Source: Lama guanicoe
Lineage: Eukaryota
Length of the DNA stretch: 64,000 nucleotides
Direction: 5' to 3'
Assembly (NCBI GenBank): GCA_013239625.1
Contig: MU053376.1
Span: 1,698,833-1,762,832 of the forward strand
Made by a program: the position numbers and the translations under genes. Below the pieces are notes generated by a model. That model searched no databases. It was not told the origin of the DNA and saw only the letters and a list, made by a program, of their open reading frames with translations. This document shows, piece by piece, positions 50,667 through 63,619 of this stretch. Each line of letters begins with the position of its first letter. Position 1 is the first letter of the stretch.

Positions 50667-51173
50667 GTAAGGGACCCTCCTGGGGAACTCAGCCCTCCTC
50701 CAACTGCTGTCTGGGCTCAGCTCAGCTCCAGAGATGGGAGCAGGGGAAGAGGGGCTTCTGGAGTCATTACAGCATCCTTAGGTGAGGGTGGCCCGGCTTT
50801 CACTCACAGGCCCTATCATCATGGATCAGCCAGACACAGTGGGTCTGAGTGGGCCGTAAAAATGAGAGTGCAAGCGGGGAACCTCCTTCTCCCCATGTCC
50901 CAGTCACTGGGCAAGGTCAGCTCTGAGCCCTGACCTCACGTGGATTGAGTCTCCACGTCTTTCTTCCTTAAACCCATTCACTCCCGCAGACATGAGGAGC
51001 AAAGTCATTGACAGTCTTCCTCGTTGCCCTGGCCCTGCTCTCAGACACAACTGCTGGGACCCAGTTTTTTTTCCTATCCAGCCTAAGGCAAGCCTCTTTG
51101 AGTGAGAGTTCAGTAGCTCCTCCAAACGTGGTTGGAATCTTGACCCAGATTTCTCTTTTTTTTTTTCCCTAAG

Positions 51174-51374
51174 GCCACCAAGGATGTGAACTACACACAA
51201 GTGGTCTTTTCAGCCCCTGGAGGACGAAGAAATGACTCTGCCCTGGACTATGAGAACATAAAGGAAACCACAGATTATGTTAATGTCAACCCAAAAAGCC
51301 ACAAGCCCAATTTCTGGACTTTTGTGAACCCTGCTATCTCTGAGCCAGTGGAATACACTCAAGTGGCCGTGTGA
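51174..51374 (+). CDS. RHEX: RHEX terminal coding exon (ATKDVNYTQVVF...DYENI...DYVNV...VEYTQVAV*)
   Basis: Poly-T tract then aag|, phase 0. Total CDS 513 nt = 170 aa plus stop. Lies next to AVPR1B as in human. Confidence 0.95.
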   Translation, partial: ATKDVNYTQVVFSAPGGRRNDSALDYENIKETTDYVNVNPKSHKPNFWTFVNPAISEPVEYTQVAV

Positions 51375-51442
51375 ATTCTAGGCTTTTTAATGGAGTGACA
51401 GTTCCTGATGAATTCTTGCACTTATCTTGTGGGGGAATTACA

Positions 51443-51445
<3 letters not shown>

Positions 51446-51475
<30 letters not shown>
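51446..51475. repeat. (GTCT)n tetranucleotide repeat in the RHEX 3' UTR
   Basis: About seven GTCT units. Confidence 0.95.
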
Positions 51476-51476
<1 letters not shown>

Positions 51477-51501
51477 TTAAGCAAGGCATAGGAAAAAAAA
51501 T

Positions 51502-51507
51502 AATAAA
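51502..51507 (+). terminator. Candidate RHEX polyadenylation signal (alternatives near 51710 and 51984)
   Basis: AATAAA hexamers downstream of the stop. Usage unknown. Confidence 0.4.
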
Positions 51508-52089
51508 CCTGTATCTCAGCTAGAAAGATTCAGATCAGATGTTAGGGAGAACTTCCCATTAAGTATGAAAACACTGGGCAAATCAGTAGAGAAAGTGATG
51601 AAGTCTCCCTCATAGAAAAATTTTTAAAGATTTTCATCAGCTATACCAGAGTTCTGTTTGGATCAATGCCTTAGGATTAAATGTCTCTCTGAGCTCTTTA
51701 ATTATTGGCAATAAACAACTTCCTTAAACGTTTTAAGTAAAATGGCACCCACCAATTCCCCTTTCCCTCCGGCCTCACCTTGCACGCGCTTCCTTTTTCT
51801 GGGTTGTATCCTGCTGAGTAATCCTGCTCTGCTCTCAGAACTTTAAATAGCGCACTTGGAAAGCCCACCATCATTCAACCCTTGAGTCTGCTGTTTCCTA
51901 GGAATGAAAGGTAACGGAGTTCTAGTAACGCTAACCAGCATCACAGCCTGTTATTCCAGGGAAAATCTCTTCCAGTTCAATCCAATAAACTTCCGTATCC
52001 ATTCTTGGTTTCTTATTGTTTTTACTTTTATCACCAGTTAGTAGTAAAAGGACATTTTCTTAACTTGATTAAGAAAAGCTTATCTCAAT

Positions 52090-52310
52090 TGGGAGTTCGA
52101 GATTTGCAAATATTAACTAGGATATATAAAAGAGATAAACAAGTTCTTCTGTATAGCCCAGGGAACTATATTCATATCTTGTAGTAACCTATAATAAAAA
52201 AGAATATGAAAACAGATATATGTATGTATGTGTATGACTGAAACATTATGCAATACACCGGAAATTGATACAACACTGTAAACGGATCATACTTCAATTA
52301 AAGAAAAAAA
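52090..52310 (+). mobile_element. L1 3' UTR fragment, probably with TSD 'agcttatctcaa'
   Basis: L1 3' end motifs. 'agcttatctcaa' occurs at ~52077-52088 and ~52317-52328. Confidence 0.85.
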
Positions 52311-52962
52311 GAGACTAGCTTATCTCAAATCAGCTCTTTGCATAATATTTAACTGTAAGGTCCTAGATGCAATGCTATTTAATCATGAACAAAGTAAGAA
52401 TTTCTACGAGCATGCCATTCCCACTGCTATCTGACATTGCTCTGGAAGTTCTAATCAGTGCAATAAAACAGTTAACAAAAATAGGGGCTATAACTATTGG
52501 AGAGGAAGATAAAATTTGTCATGGTTTGCAATACGCCAGTCCTAGAAAACCTCAGGGAATTAACGTCAATGTTTTAAAACTGATAATGTAGTTAAGCAGT
52601 GACTAGATAAATAGACAATGTACTTTTTCCAACAGCTAATTAAGACATGAAATGAAAACAAAAATTGCTCAAATAGCTAAACAAACAACTCAAAAATAGA
52701 AACATTAGAAACACTCCTAGTCAAATTCAAACCACGATGAGTGGTGTTGGTTTCTAGAGGCCATTTATTAACTGTGCTTCATCTGCTGGCTGGAAATAAA
52801 CTTTGCAGCCCTGGTACTGAGAGGGGTGGGCGGCTTTCTTCTTTCTGGTTTCATCTTCAAGATGATCTGAAGAAATGGTTCTGGTTTGAGTTCCTGGGGC
52901 AGGAGATCGTTCCCAGTCTACATGTCCCTACACCTTTTAGGTACATTGTTATTCCTCTCCCA

Positions 52963-53318
52963 CTATGGTTTGAACGTTTGTGTTCCCACCTCTCGACTCA
53001 AATTCGTATGTTGAAATCCTAATCCAAGGTGACTGTATTAGGAGGTGGGGGCCTTTGGGAGGTGATTAGGTCATGAGGGTGGTACCCTCCTGAATGGAAC
53101 TAGTGCCTTTACAAAAGGGGCCACTCAGCGCTCCCTCCCCTCTTCCATCACGTGAGGATAAAGTGAGAAATCTGCAACCCACAAGATGGCACTCACTGAC
53201 CATGCTAGCACCCTCATCTTGGACTTTTAGCCTCCAAAACTGTGAGAAATAAATACTTGTTGCTTACAATCCTCCCAGTCTTTGGCATTGTGTTACGGCA
53301 GTCCACAGGGATTATGAC
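52963..53318 (+). mobile_element. MLT1A-like LTR
   Basis: 'ctatggtttgaacgtttgtgt...aaattcgtatgttgaaatcctaa...gggaggtgattaggtcatgagggtgg...cagcctccaaaactgtgagaaataaa'-like. Confidence 0.85.
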
Positions 53319-53339
53319 ATCTCCTAGAAAGCTTTTCTT

Positions 53340-54362
53340 TTCTTTTTTTTCCTTCCAGTTTTATTAAGATATAATTGACATAGAGCATTGGATAAATTTA
53401 GGGTGTGCAGCATAATGATGTGACTTGCATACACTATGAAATGATGACCACAAAAAATTTAGTGAACACCCATCATCTCATATAGACACAAAATTAAAGA
53501 AATAGAAAAAAAACTTTCTTCTTGTGATAAGAATTCTTGCGATTTACTCTCTAAACAGCTTTCATATGTAACATATAGCAGCATTCGTTATATTTATCAT
53601 GTTGTGTTACATTGCTAGCACTTACTATCTTACCACTGAAAGTTTGCACCTCTTGATTGCCTTGATTCAGTTCCCCTCCCACAAACGTCCACCTCTGGTA
53701 ATCAAAAATTTGATCTCTTTTTCTGTGTTTGTTTTTGAAGTATAATTGAGGTGTACAGCATTGAGATTCAGTTATATATATATATTCTTTTCCATACTCT
53801 TTTTCATTATAGGTTATTACAAGATATTGAATATAGTTTCCTGTGTTATATAGTAGGACCTTGTTGTTTATCTATTTTGTATATAGTAGTTTGTATCTGT
53901 TAATCCTAAACTCTTAATTTATCCCTACCCCCTCCCCTTTGGTAGTCAAAAGTTTGTTTTCTGTCTGTGAGTCTGTTTCAGCTTTATAAATAAGTTCATT
54001 TGTGTAATTTTTTTTAGATTCCACATGTAAGCGATATCATATGGTATTTGTCTTTCTCTGTCTGACTTACTTCACTTAGTATCCTAATCTCTAGGTCCAT
54101 CCAAATTGCTGCCAATGGCATTATTTCATTATTTTTTACGGCTGAGTAGTAGTCCATTGTATAAATACACCATAACTTCTTTATCCAGTCATCTGTTGAT
54201 GGACATCTAGGTTGTTTCCATGTCTTGGTTAGTGTAAATAGTGCTTCTGTGAACATTGGGGTGCATGTATCTTTTTGAATTAGTTTCCTCCAGATAAATG
54301 CCCAGGAGTGGGATTGCTGGATCACATGGTAACTCTATTTTTAATTTAAGGAATCTTTATAC
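53340..54362 (-). mobile_element. Two adjoining antisense L1 3' fragments
   Basis: ORF 54014-54325 is an L1 ORF2 C-terminus. 53340-53750 resembles the 3281-3700 L1 3' UTR. Confidence 0.88.
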
Positions 54363-57300
54363 TCCTTAAATTCCTAGGCAGGAATTTCTATACTCAGGCC
54401 TTCATCCTACTGAAGGAACCACTTGTTCTTTGCCCTTCCTTGTCAAATACATCTTCCATGAACTTAAAGCAAAAGAAACACATGTTCAAGTATCTCAGGA
54501 GAACTGGGTCAAATGAGAGGCCAAGAATTTAGAACTTCAGAGAAAGTTAATATGGCTTTAGAGCTGGGAATCTGTGTGACTTTCCCAGTCAGCTCTTGGG
54601 GGTCATTTACTGCTTCATACTCACTTCCAGCTCCATACTGCCACCGTGTGGCCCCAGGGCAAATGCCAGGTCACTCTTGCTTCCTTTTCCCTCGTAAGTG
54701 GGTGAAGGGGTACCAGGAAGGTGGCTCCCCAACTCTCAACCTTCCCCCTGCCCCTGCCTTACTCAAGGAGATCACAATTTTATTTTAGCTTGCATACATC
54801 ATTGTCATTGCCTATAGTAAACAAAGATGCCCAGAAATTTCCTTGTTGTTAAGGAGTCTTATTGGTCAATTGCAACCACATTTCTGGCTTCTGGATCCAA
54901 GAGTGAGCTGCTTTGGCCGAGGCTGGGGCTACGTAGCCCCTTGACAGGTAAAACATCTATTACATACAAGACACAGACAGAGTCATCTGGAAAATTCCTG
55001 ACCTATACCAAACATAAAAGCCATTCTGAGAAATGCCCACAGTCAAGCAATTAACCTTCTCCTGCCATCCTCCGCCCCTCCCACCCCTTACCCCACTGCT
55101 TCCACAGGGTTCCAGGGGACTGAAGTGCTGTATTTCACAGCGTCCACAGGATAGCTCAGCCCAGGGACATCATCATTCAATTTCTCCTGGGCTGGGCTGT
55201 CAGAAATGAGAGTGACCCAGAGAGCACGGAATTTTCTTCTTGCTTCCCACAGGGACCCACCTCCCTGAACCCTAGCCAAGGTCCTTGTGCCGTTTCAGGA
55301 TGTCTGTGAGCACTTCCTACAAGGACTGCAAAAGCTGTCGTTCACAGATCCAGACACAATCCTGCCATTTCCTTCAGGAGCCTCCTGGAACAGGCCCCCA
55401 AGGTGGCCATCCCAGTGTCCAGTTGTCCCACTGGCCTCAACATCCGACAGCACCAGCTCTCTGGAAAAGATCAAGTATAGCCTTTCCATGGGAGGAACAG
55501 TGAGGGGCCCAAAGCCACCATCACAAGTAAATCCCCTCGTGTGATGCAAAGCTGGAAATATAATCGTGGTATTATTTGCTACTCTTTGCTATAGAAGGCA
55601 TGGAGTGGACATGGAAGGGGCTCTGGCCAACCCTGACTCCAGGACTCCTCTCCCCTCTCTCCTTAGAGTCTTCTGGGCCCAGTGCCCCGGAAGTCACCCT
55701 CCGGATGCAATCCTGAGCCAGGCCATTATCTTCTCTAACGTCAGAAGAGTGTTCTACAGTCTATGGCCTCACAGATCCCTCCCAACAAGGTGGGCATCCT
55801 TATCTCTGTTTAACAAATGAGGAACCTGTTGCTTAAGAGATTGGACTACTTGCCCATGTCAATACAGGTAGAAAAGAGGTGAGATCAGGACTCAAACCCA
55901 GGTTTGGGGATACAAGGCTAATATCCCTTCTGTCTCCCAGTCATCACGATGAGCAACGTTTACTTGGTACCTAGTATGGACACCAGGGTCAGGAACTGTG
56001 GTCTGAAGTGAGGGTGACTTATGTAAGCAGAGGAACAAGCAACTTCAACAGCTCAGGCTGGTGTGGGAGGCTCCTAAGCCCAGCTCCTTCGGGGCAGATG
56101 GACAGGGAAGGGGTGGTTGGACGTCAGGGACTGACATGAGCAACAGGATGCAGTGAAGAGAGACAGTGGGTTCCCACATCTCCCCTTGAGCCTCGGTCCC
56201 ATTAGGGCTCATGTTCCACTCTCCATTTCTCATGTATTGAAAGGCTGGGATGCTTTGCTCATCCACAACACTCAGCTTAGGTTCTTTTATTTAAAGGAAT
56301 TTAAGGGGTCTTCTTAGGGCTAAGTGGCTTCTTAAAGAAGGCACTCCTCCAAGCTTCCCTAGAAGTGGAGGGCTGAGTGAGTCTGTTCCCTAGAGCTGCT
56401 CTCAGGTGCTCTTAATTAGGTAAGCAACCCTACATAGTATGGGTTCATGGGCTTAGTGTAGTTCATGGGTGTACAAACCACCTACCCATCCACAGCCCTA
56501 TTTGACCCTCATAATGAAGACAGCCAAGAATTAGCCGGCATTTTCCTGATGTTGGTCATGGTTGGTGGTGCAGTGGCAGAACCAGGACCCAGTTCTCCTG
56601 ACTTCAGCTGATGCGCTTTCCACTGTCAAGGCCATCTCTCAGATTTGAACCAGAATCACGGTGGGGAGGTTATCCCATGGTATAAATCCCACTGGAGATA
56701 ATGATGAACAGGACAAAGTCCCAGATTCTACCTACCAGGCTGTCTCTCCCGGCATCAGCATCACAGAATTGAGGCCAATAGTGAACAGTATGGCCATGGC
56801 AGAACCCACAGTCACCAGAATTGAGTCAAAAGGCGTAAACATCATTATGAAAATTCAACAATTCTTCTAACAGCCTATTGGTTAGAATATCCCTAGAGAA
56901 ACTTTCACCAGTCTTGCCAAGTCATGAAAGGGGTAGAGCTGGCGAAGACCATACAGTTCATCTCTGTCCTGCAGAAGGCTGAGGCCCAGAAAGGGAGGCG
57001 ACTAGCCCAAGGTCATACCTGAAGGCGGAGCCAAATTTCAAACTCTGGGCTCCCGCCTTGCTCATAGCAAACACGTGACATGTATGGAAGCTCTGAAGAG
57101 CCTCCAATAAATCCAGAGCCACGGCCAAGTCGCACTTTCTCAAAGGCTGTCTCCTCCATGCAGCCCCAGAAGAAGGAGCAGTGCGGGTCCCGTGAGGGGA
57201 GGAGAGAGAGAGACCGGTCCCTGCCACCTCTGATGCTCCCTCCCACTCGTATTTTTATTGTGACCATTTTCATCTCCTCCTTTCATCCCCTCTATTTCTC

Positions 57301-57999
57301 ACACTCACTTGCAGCGGGGTCATTCCACTGAGAATATGCATCATTTGCCCCTGTCATCCACCCTGATTATAATGAAAGATGGACGGAGAGAAGGGAAGTA
57401 GCATTTGCAGACTTTCCTCATTACCAGGTGCTCTGCTAACCCTGCACCTCCCGGCAGCAGTCAGGGGGACATAGCAGGTGAACCCCCAACCCATTCACTT
57501 TTCTTCATTAAACATCCTCTCTCTACCAAAAAAAAAAAAAAATCAAGAATTCAGATAGGGTCTTCCTCATACTTTTTCACTCCTTCCCTCTCCTGGTTGA
57601 ATGGAGATGTGCTAGTCAGGTTAGGTTGGGTCAAGCAACCAACAGAGGAGACCAACCTCTGAGTTCTTGCTGCCTGTGAACCCCAGACAGGACTGTTCTA
57701 GGCCTGACCCAGACCTGGGGCCTCACAACTACCACCTGGGTGGTCCCCAGACACCCCATGCATATGGTAGGATCAGGGGAGCAGTTTGATTTTCCCTGAC
57801 TCCCAGCATGTGTGATTGGGAGCGAATGAGGGCACATACAACCAGGGGTAGGAGCAGGCATTCTGGTCTCCTCACCCTGCCCCAAACTGGGCTCCCTGAA
57901 CTCCAGCCCTGATGCTCCCAGCATTTACGCCCAGTGCTGAGATGAGCAGAGATCCTCCACTAGCCCCTGTGGGCAGCGCCACACTCTGGGGAGCGTTTG

Positions 58000-58328
58000 C
58001 TAAAAGATGCCAATCTCAGTGGTGACATCCCCAACCACCTGCTCCGAGTCCTTCAGTGACTCTACGGGCCCAGGCCTCCCGCTGAGTCTGGAGCTGAGGC
58101 TGAGGGCGGGCGGGCCACTGGAACGGGTCAGCAGCGTGGCGCGGCGGCTGGACAGGCTGCCATTGGAGAGCTGCCGGCGCATCCGGGGCCGGGGACCCCC
58201 GCAGCAGGCCAGGCGGCGCAGGGGGCGTGGCCACAGGTGGCTGTTGAAGCCCATGTAGATCCAGGGGTTGCAGCAGCTGCTAAGGTTGCCCAAAAGCATG
58301 GAGATGGTGAAAGCCACATCGGTTGAAT
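58000..58328 (-). CDS. AVPR1B: Vasopressin V1b receptor, last coding exon (TM7 and C-tail)
   Basis: ctcttggcag|AT TCA ACC GAT... gives [28 protein letters not shown]...EIGIF*. NPxxY motif and CC palmitoylation site present. Confidence 0.96.
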
Positions 58329-61300
58329 CTGCCAAGAGAGAAGCACTAGGATTACAGAGCTTGAAGGCACAAGAAAGAGAGTCCTCATCCCTGCTGAATA
58401 GAGAAGGAAACTGAGTTCCAGAGAGGACCAGGGACTCACGTGGAGTTCTATAATTATAACGGAGCACAGCTGGGACTCGAAACTGGGACTTCTGACTCCA
58501 GGGTCTTGCCTCTCTGATTTGCTTATTTGTTTGTTTTGTGCTGCAGGGTGCTGGCAAGAGCTGAAATTTGCTCCAGGTTGACTTTAGAGGTGTAAACATG
58601 ATTAAGGACAGGACCAGCCCAAATAGGAGACACTGTCTTTGTTCTAAAACCGAGACTTTGAGTCCCTTAGTGGATGTAGACCTAAGATGAGGCAACTTCT
58701 ATAAAGCATGCAGGGAAAATAACCATGACTCGAAGCTAAGTTCAGGCACCCCCAGCCCATTTATGTCATAGATATGGGTGCACATTGCCTGCTGGATTCT
58801 GCCCTCCTTGACCCCTTGGGGTCAGAACCACTCATTCTGCCATTCAGTCATTGAGCACATGAGTATCAACTGTGCCAGGCCAGTGCCAGGGACCGGGTAG
58901 GGCAATCGGTGGAAGCGGACGTCCCTACAGGTCCCATGATGTCATCTCCAGATGTGCAGCTTCTAGGTACAGGGCATCCAAGCATCCCGTTCCAGAGCAG
59001 TGCTTGTTTTCTGTCCTCAGAGATGATATCCAGAGAATGCACTGTCCTGTGGGGAAAACCAATTTCTCTCTTGGGCAGTCAAAATGTGAGAGTGCAACAA
59101 CTCTGATAAAATTCCTCCCAGACACAATACTCTTTTCTGAAGATGAAATGAAACTCCTCATGCCAAGAGGAAAGCTGCTGGGATGGGCCCCGGTCTCCTG
59201 CTAGACGTACCACGGCTACAGCTGCAGCATGGGCTGCACACTGAGTTACCCGCTCTTCGGTGGAGGTTACAGAATCACTGAGCGCACTGCTGGAGCTGGA
59301 AGGAAACTTAAGCTAAGTCTTCCTGCTTTAAGGCAGCAGTCCTGCACCCTGCCACCATTTTGACCAACAAACTCAAAGGCAAAGTTCAAGTGCCTGTTCT
59401 GTAAGGTACCGCGAAAGCTCCAGAAATTCTGGGGCCTCGTATGCCTCTCCTGTGGGTGTGCTCTCCGTTGTGGCCACTCATAGTCCAAGAGAAGGGGAGA
59501 CACAGGGTCAGAATATTTGAGATAAAACATGAATCATCAGATTGAGAAGCTGAAGGCATCTGGGCTTGGAAGGACAGGTTGAGGGCGCAGAAGTGAAGGT
59601 GAGGAGGGCGTAAGTGGAGGAGGGACCAGACTCCACAACAAACACAGCCTCCTTCAGTCTTGCCTAGGTTCCAGCCTGCTCCCCAGTTAACATTCTACCC
59701 AGGGGCTGCAGAAGACTTGGGAAGTTGCTTTGGCTAAGGGGTAGTATTCATCCCATCTGCTCCGTCGATGTCTATTTAGTGCCTAGGCCAGAGACTGAGG
59801 GGTTCCACAAGCTTTCTCACTTGGGAAGGGTCTATTTGATTTGTCCTCATCTGAGCCAGGCCCAGTGTAGGGGCTGGAGATGCGCCCTGGACACTGGAAT
59901 CCGCAGAGGTTCCACCCCTCAGCCCTCAAACGTAGATCCACTATTAGTCACAGGCAGCTGCTGACTGCATCCTGGCAGACGCTCAACGGGGGATGGTCAA
60001 GGGCAGGGAAAAGGGCGAGGAGACAGACAGCCTTTCACCAAAGACCTGGGGACAGGAAGCCAAGAGGCCAGTGTGCTGTGGAGGGAATCTGGGTTTACTG
60101 GAAAGTAAGTTTAAAGTAATGAATGTCAGCCTAACTCAAAGGGCCCCCAAGAGCTTCCATTTTTCTGAAGGAGCACATTCTCTAAGGGACAAAGCTTTGT
60201 TCCTGCACTCCTTTCTCAGAGAAGCCCTTGGTAAGTTGTAAATCACTCTGCACATGGTCCTGAGGGACAGGCTCTTGACGCACAGCAGGCAAGCAGGAAA
60301 GCCTGCACTGGCCAAGCGGCAGGATCCCCATCTTTTCATAGGTGCCTTGATAAAGGGGTGAATGGCCATCTCACCCCACTGCCATCAGCTAAGCTGTGAC
60401 TGGGAATAAAGCCACGCTATGGCTAAAGCTTGGCCCACAAAGACCTTGACTCGAGTCCTGGCCCCATCTCCTACTAGCAGTGGCACTTTGGACCTGTTAT
60501 TTTACCTCTCTGAGTCTCAGAGTACTCAGACGTAAAGCAAGAGAAGGCCACCTCAAAGGAGCACAAAGCCTGAATGTACTTGGCGCTAGGAAGCCCTCCT
60601 TGCTTCTGTTCTGTGCTTGACGAGAGCAGGGAGGTCGGGATTAATGTGCTCATTGCTTAAAGGGTAATTTATAAATAGTCCCTTGTCCAGATTGATGTCC
60701 AAAAGGTGGCTAAGAAGGGGTACGGTGGGACTGCAATAGTTTAGTACTATTGTCACACTTCTCTTGCAGAGTTTCATGTTAATTTCTCATCTCTTGTTAA
60801 TTTCACGAACGCCTTCCCCTTACTTCATCTCTCTACAAAAGCAAAGTGTTTGGCTTGAGTGTGTCATAGGATGAACAAAATGAGATTAGAAACAAAAGCT
60901 CAGGGAAGGGGGACCACTCCTTAAGAGCTGGTGGGAAGTGGTAGCCTGGTCTGCTGGCCAGTGAACCCTCAAGAAGTTTCCAGAGAAGCCTGTGCACAGG
61001 GCCTCCCACATTCCACTGGTCATACACCCTGAGATGTGCACAGGATGCAGAGTGCTGCGGAGCGCACCGTCACACCTTTTCACAGACACCCAGATAGGTC
61101 AACACGCACTTGTCCCCACGCCCTACTCTTCTTAGGGGAACAGGAACGGGTGTCTTTGAATATCACTCTCGAACATTTTGGCTTCCCAGGAGCCACACCT
61201 ATCTTTCTGAGAATGAGATCACCTTCAAATGGCCTGACCATCCAGCAGCATCTAAAACTTAAAAGGCTGCTATCTACCTCACTCCAAAACAATGACCAGA

Positions 61301-61789
61301 ACAAGGCCTCCCATGTGCCCACGGAACACAGTCTTCTTGGAGGGTCCCATTTTATTTTTCACATAGGAGGTAGGCCCCTCTCCTCATCACTTTCAGAACC
61401 AGGGTTCTGAAGGTGTGGGGCACAGGGTTCAGGAAAAAGACAAGGAGAGGGGCCTGGGTCCTACTCTTCACTTTGCCACTTTCTAGCTGTGTGACCTTGG
61501 GAAACTCACATTTCCTCTCTGAGCTTTTGCTTCCTCGTTTGTAAAATGAAGGAGGTGAAATTGGAATTTCAGGGTTGTACACTAAGGCTAATCAATTGGA
61601 AGTGGCTGTTGAAAAGGAGTTCAAAGTTGTGTTCAGGTATAAGGGGAAGGATGCTAAGAGACATAGTTCCTGGGCAACAAATTGCCATCCCGGACCAAAT
61701 CATTTGAACATCCCTTTCAAATATCAAGCAACCTGTCAGTTGCTTGGCCAAATCTACTAATGGGCGTATTACAGTGGGGCCACATAGTA

Positions 61790-61951
61790 TTTTACTTTTT
61801 AATTTTTCTCTCTTAAAAAATATTTTGAGGGGGATTATTGATGTATTTATGTATGTATGTATTTATTTATTTAATAGCGGTACCAGGGATTGAAACTTGG
61901 ACCTTGCGCATGCTAAGCATGCACTCTACCATTGAGCTATTGCCCTCCCCC
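61790..61951 (-). mobile_element. tRNA-derived SINE (vic-1-like) in the AVPR1B intron
   Basis: 'ggtaccagggattgaaact.ggaccttgcgcatgctaagcatgcactctaccattgagctat.gccctcccc'. Confidence 0.85.
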
Positions 61952-62235
61952 TGCCATATAATATTTTTAAATGTTTAAATTAGTTAACCACAATTTTAAA
62001 TATGGAAATTTCACGTCAAAGATACTCACATGACATCAGCTAGCTGGTTGGGAGTTGCAGCTGCCCCCTTTCACATGGGACAGGCACATCCTTCTTAATT
62101 GCTTCGTTCATTTGTTACCTGCCTGGCCCTGGGAGCCACTGTAACCTCATTCTAATCCTCCTCCTCTCCCTTCTCTGCATTTTTCCACCTCATACTCTAC
62201 CCCCAACCCTGGCCCCAACCAGACCACACACTTGC

Positions 62236-63175
62236 CTTCATCAGGAGCATTTTCATCCCACACAGTCCACATCTGGACACTGAAGAAGGGTGCCCAGCAG
62301 GCGATGTAAGCCAGCACAATGATGAAGGTCATCTTCACAGTTCGGATCTTGGCCCGTGAGATGGTGCTAACGCTGCTGACCCGAGATGGCAGCCCCCATG
62401 TGGCTGCGGCTGGGTCAGAAGGTGAGGATCTCTTCCAAGTCCTCCAGCCACCTCCTTCTACCCTCTGGGCCTGTGTCTTGACTTTTAGATTCTTACAGAT
62501 TTCGTGGCAGATGAGGCTGTAGCAGGCCGTGAGCATGGCCACAGGTAGGATGAAGATGGCCAGAGTGGTCCAGGTGATGTAGACCCGTGGTCCCCAAGGG
62601 AAGCGAAAGTCTGCCCAGCAGTCCAGTACTCCGGAGCCCTGGATCACCTCTCGTAAAGAAAAAATGAAGACTTGAGGGATGCTGAGGATGGCGGCCAGCA
62701 GCCAGGGAGCAGCGATGAGTGGGTAGGTGGACTGGTTGGGCTGCTGGAGGCTGCGCAGTGGGTGACAAACGGCCAGGTAGCGGTCCAGGGTCATGGCCAG
62801 CAGCATGTAGGTGGAGGCGAACATGCTGAGCACCTGCAGGTACTTGATGGCCCTGCAGAGGGGGTCGGGGCCCTGAAAGCGGTAGGTGATGTCCCACAGC
62901 AGCTGGGGCAGCACTTGGAAGAGCGCCACGCCCAGGTCGGTCAGGGCGAGGTGCAGCACAAACAGGTGCATGCGGGAGCGCTTCTGGGCTGGCTGTCCCA
63001 CGGTCAGCAGCACAGTCAGGTTGCCCCCGGTGGCCAGCACCAGGATAGTGGCCAGGACTCCGATCTCCACCTTGGCCAGCTCCTCATCCCGGCCCAGCCA
63101 GGGTGTGGTGGCATTGGGGGCAGAGAGGGTGCCCCTGCGTGTGGGGCTGGCGGTCCAAGGAGGCCCAGAATCCAT
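62236..63175 (-). CDS. AVPR1B: Vasopressin V1b receptor, first coding exon (N-terminus to TM6)
   Basis: Kozak ccaccATGG at 63175. MDSGPPW...[15 protein letters not shown]...DRYLAVCHP...CWAPFF...NAPDE. 940 nt joined to the 329-nt last exon gives 422 aa. Confidence 0.97.
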
Positions 63176-63619
63176 GGTGGAAGTTTGCTGGGAGGGAAAA
63201 AGAGGAGGAAAGGAGGAGGGAAAGGAGGAGGGAAAGGGATGGAGGGGAATGTGCATGCAAGTGGAGGGGTTCGATGAATGAGATGACGTGGGGAGGGGAA
63301 GGTTTAAGATGGAAGAAAGAAGAAATGTGGGGATGACAGGGAGAAGGGTGAAACTGGGTGGAAATAGTTAAAAGGTCAGGGATAGAGAGGATGAGGGAGA
63401 ATGAGATCGGGAAGGAGAAGATGCTGATCCCAGAGAGGGGAGGAGGAACCCAGGAGCGAAAGTGAGGAGTGGTCAGGGAAGCAAGGTGTCAGGAAGGGAA
63501 GAAAGGATGAGGCTGTGCACAGTGAGGCTTCTGGAAAGGAAAGAAGGCTGGGGGAGCTGGCACTACTCCCAAATCCACCCCAAATTCACTTTCTCCAAAC
63601 TTTTCTGGAAACGGAAAGC

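Noticed and set aside
58329..58695. N-terminal part of the 231-aa minus-strand ORF
   Set aside because: Intronic read-through upstream of the AVPR1B last-exon acceptor.
62319..63281. Several plus-strand and alternate-frame ORFs (up to 201 aa) over AVPR1B
   Set aside because: Shadows of a GC-rich coding exon, with no independent evidence.
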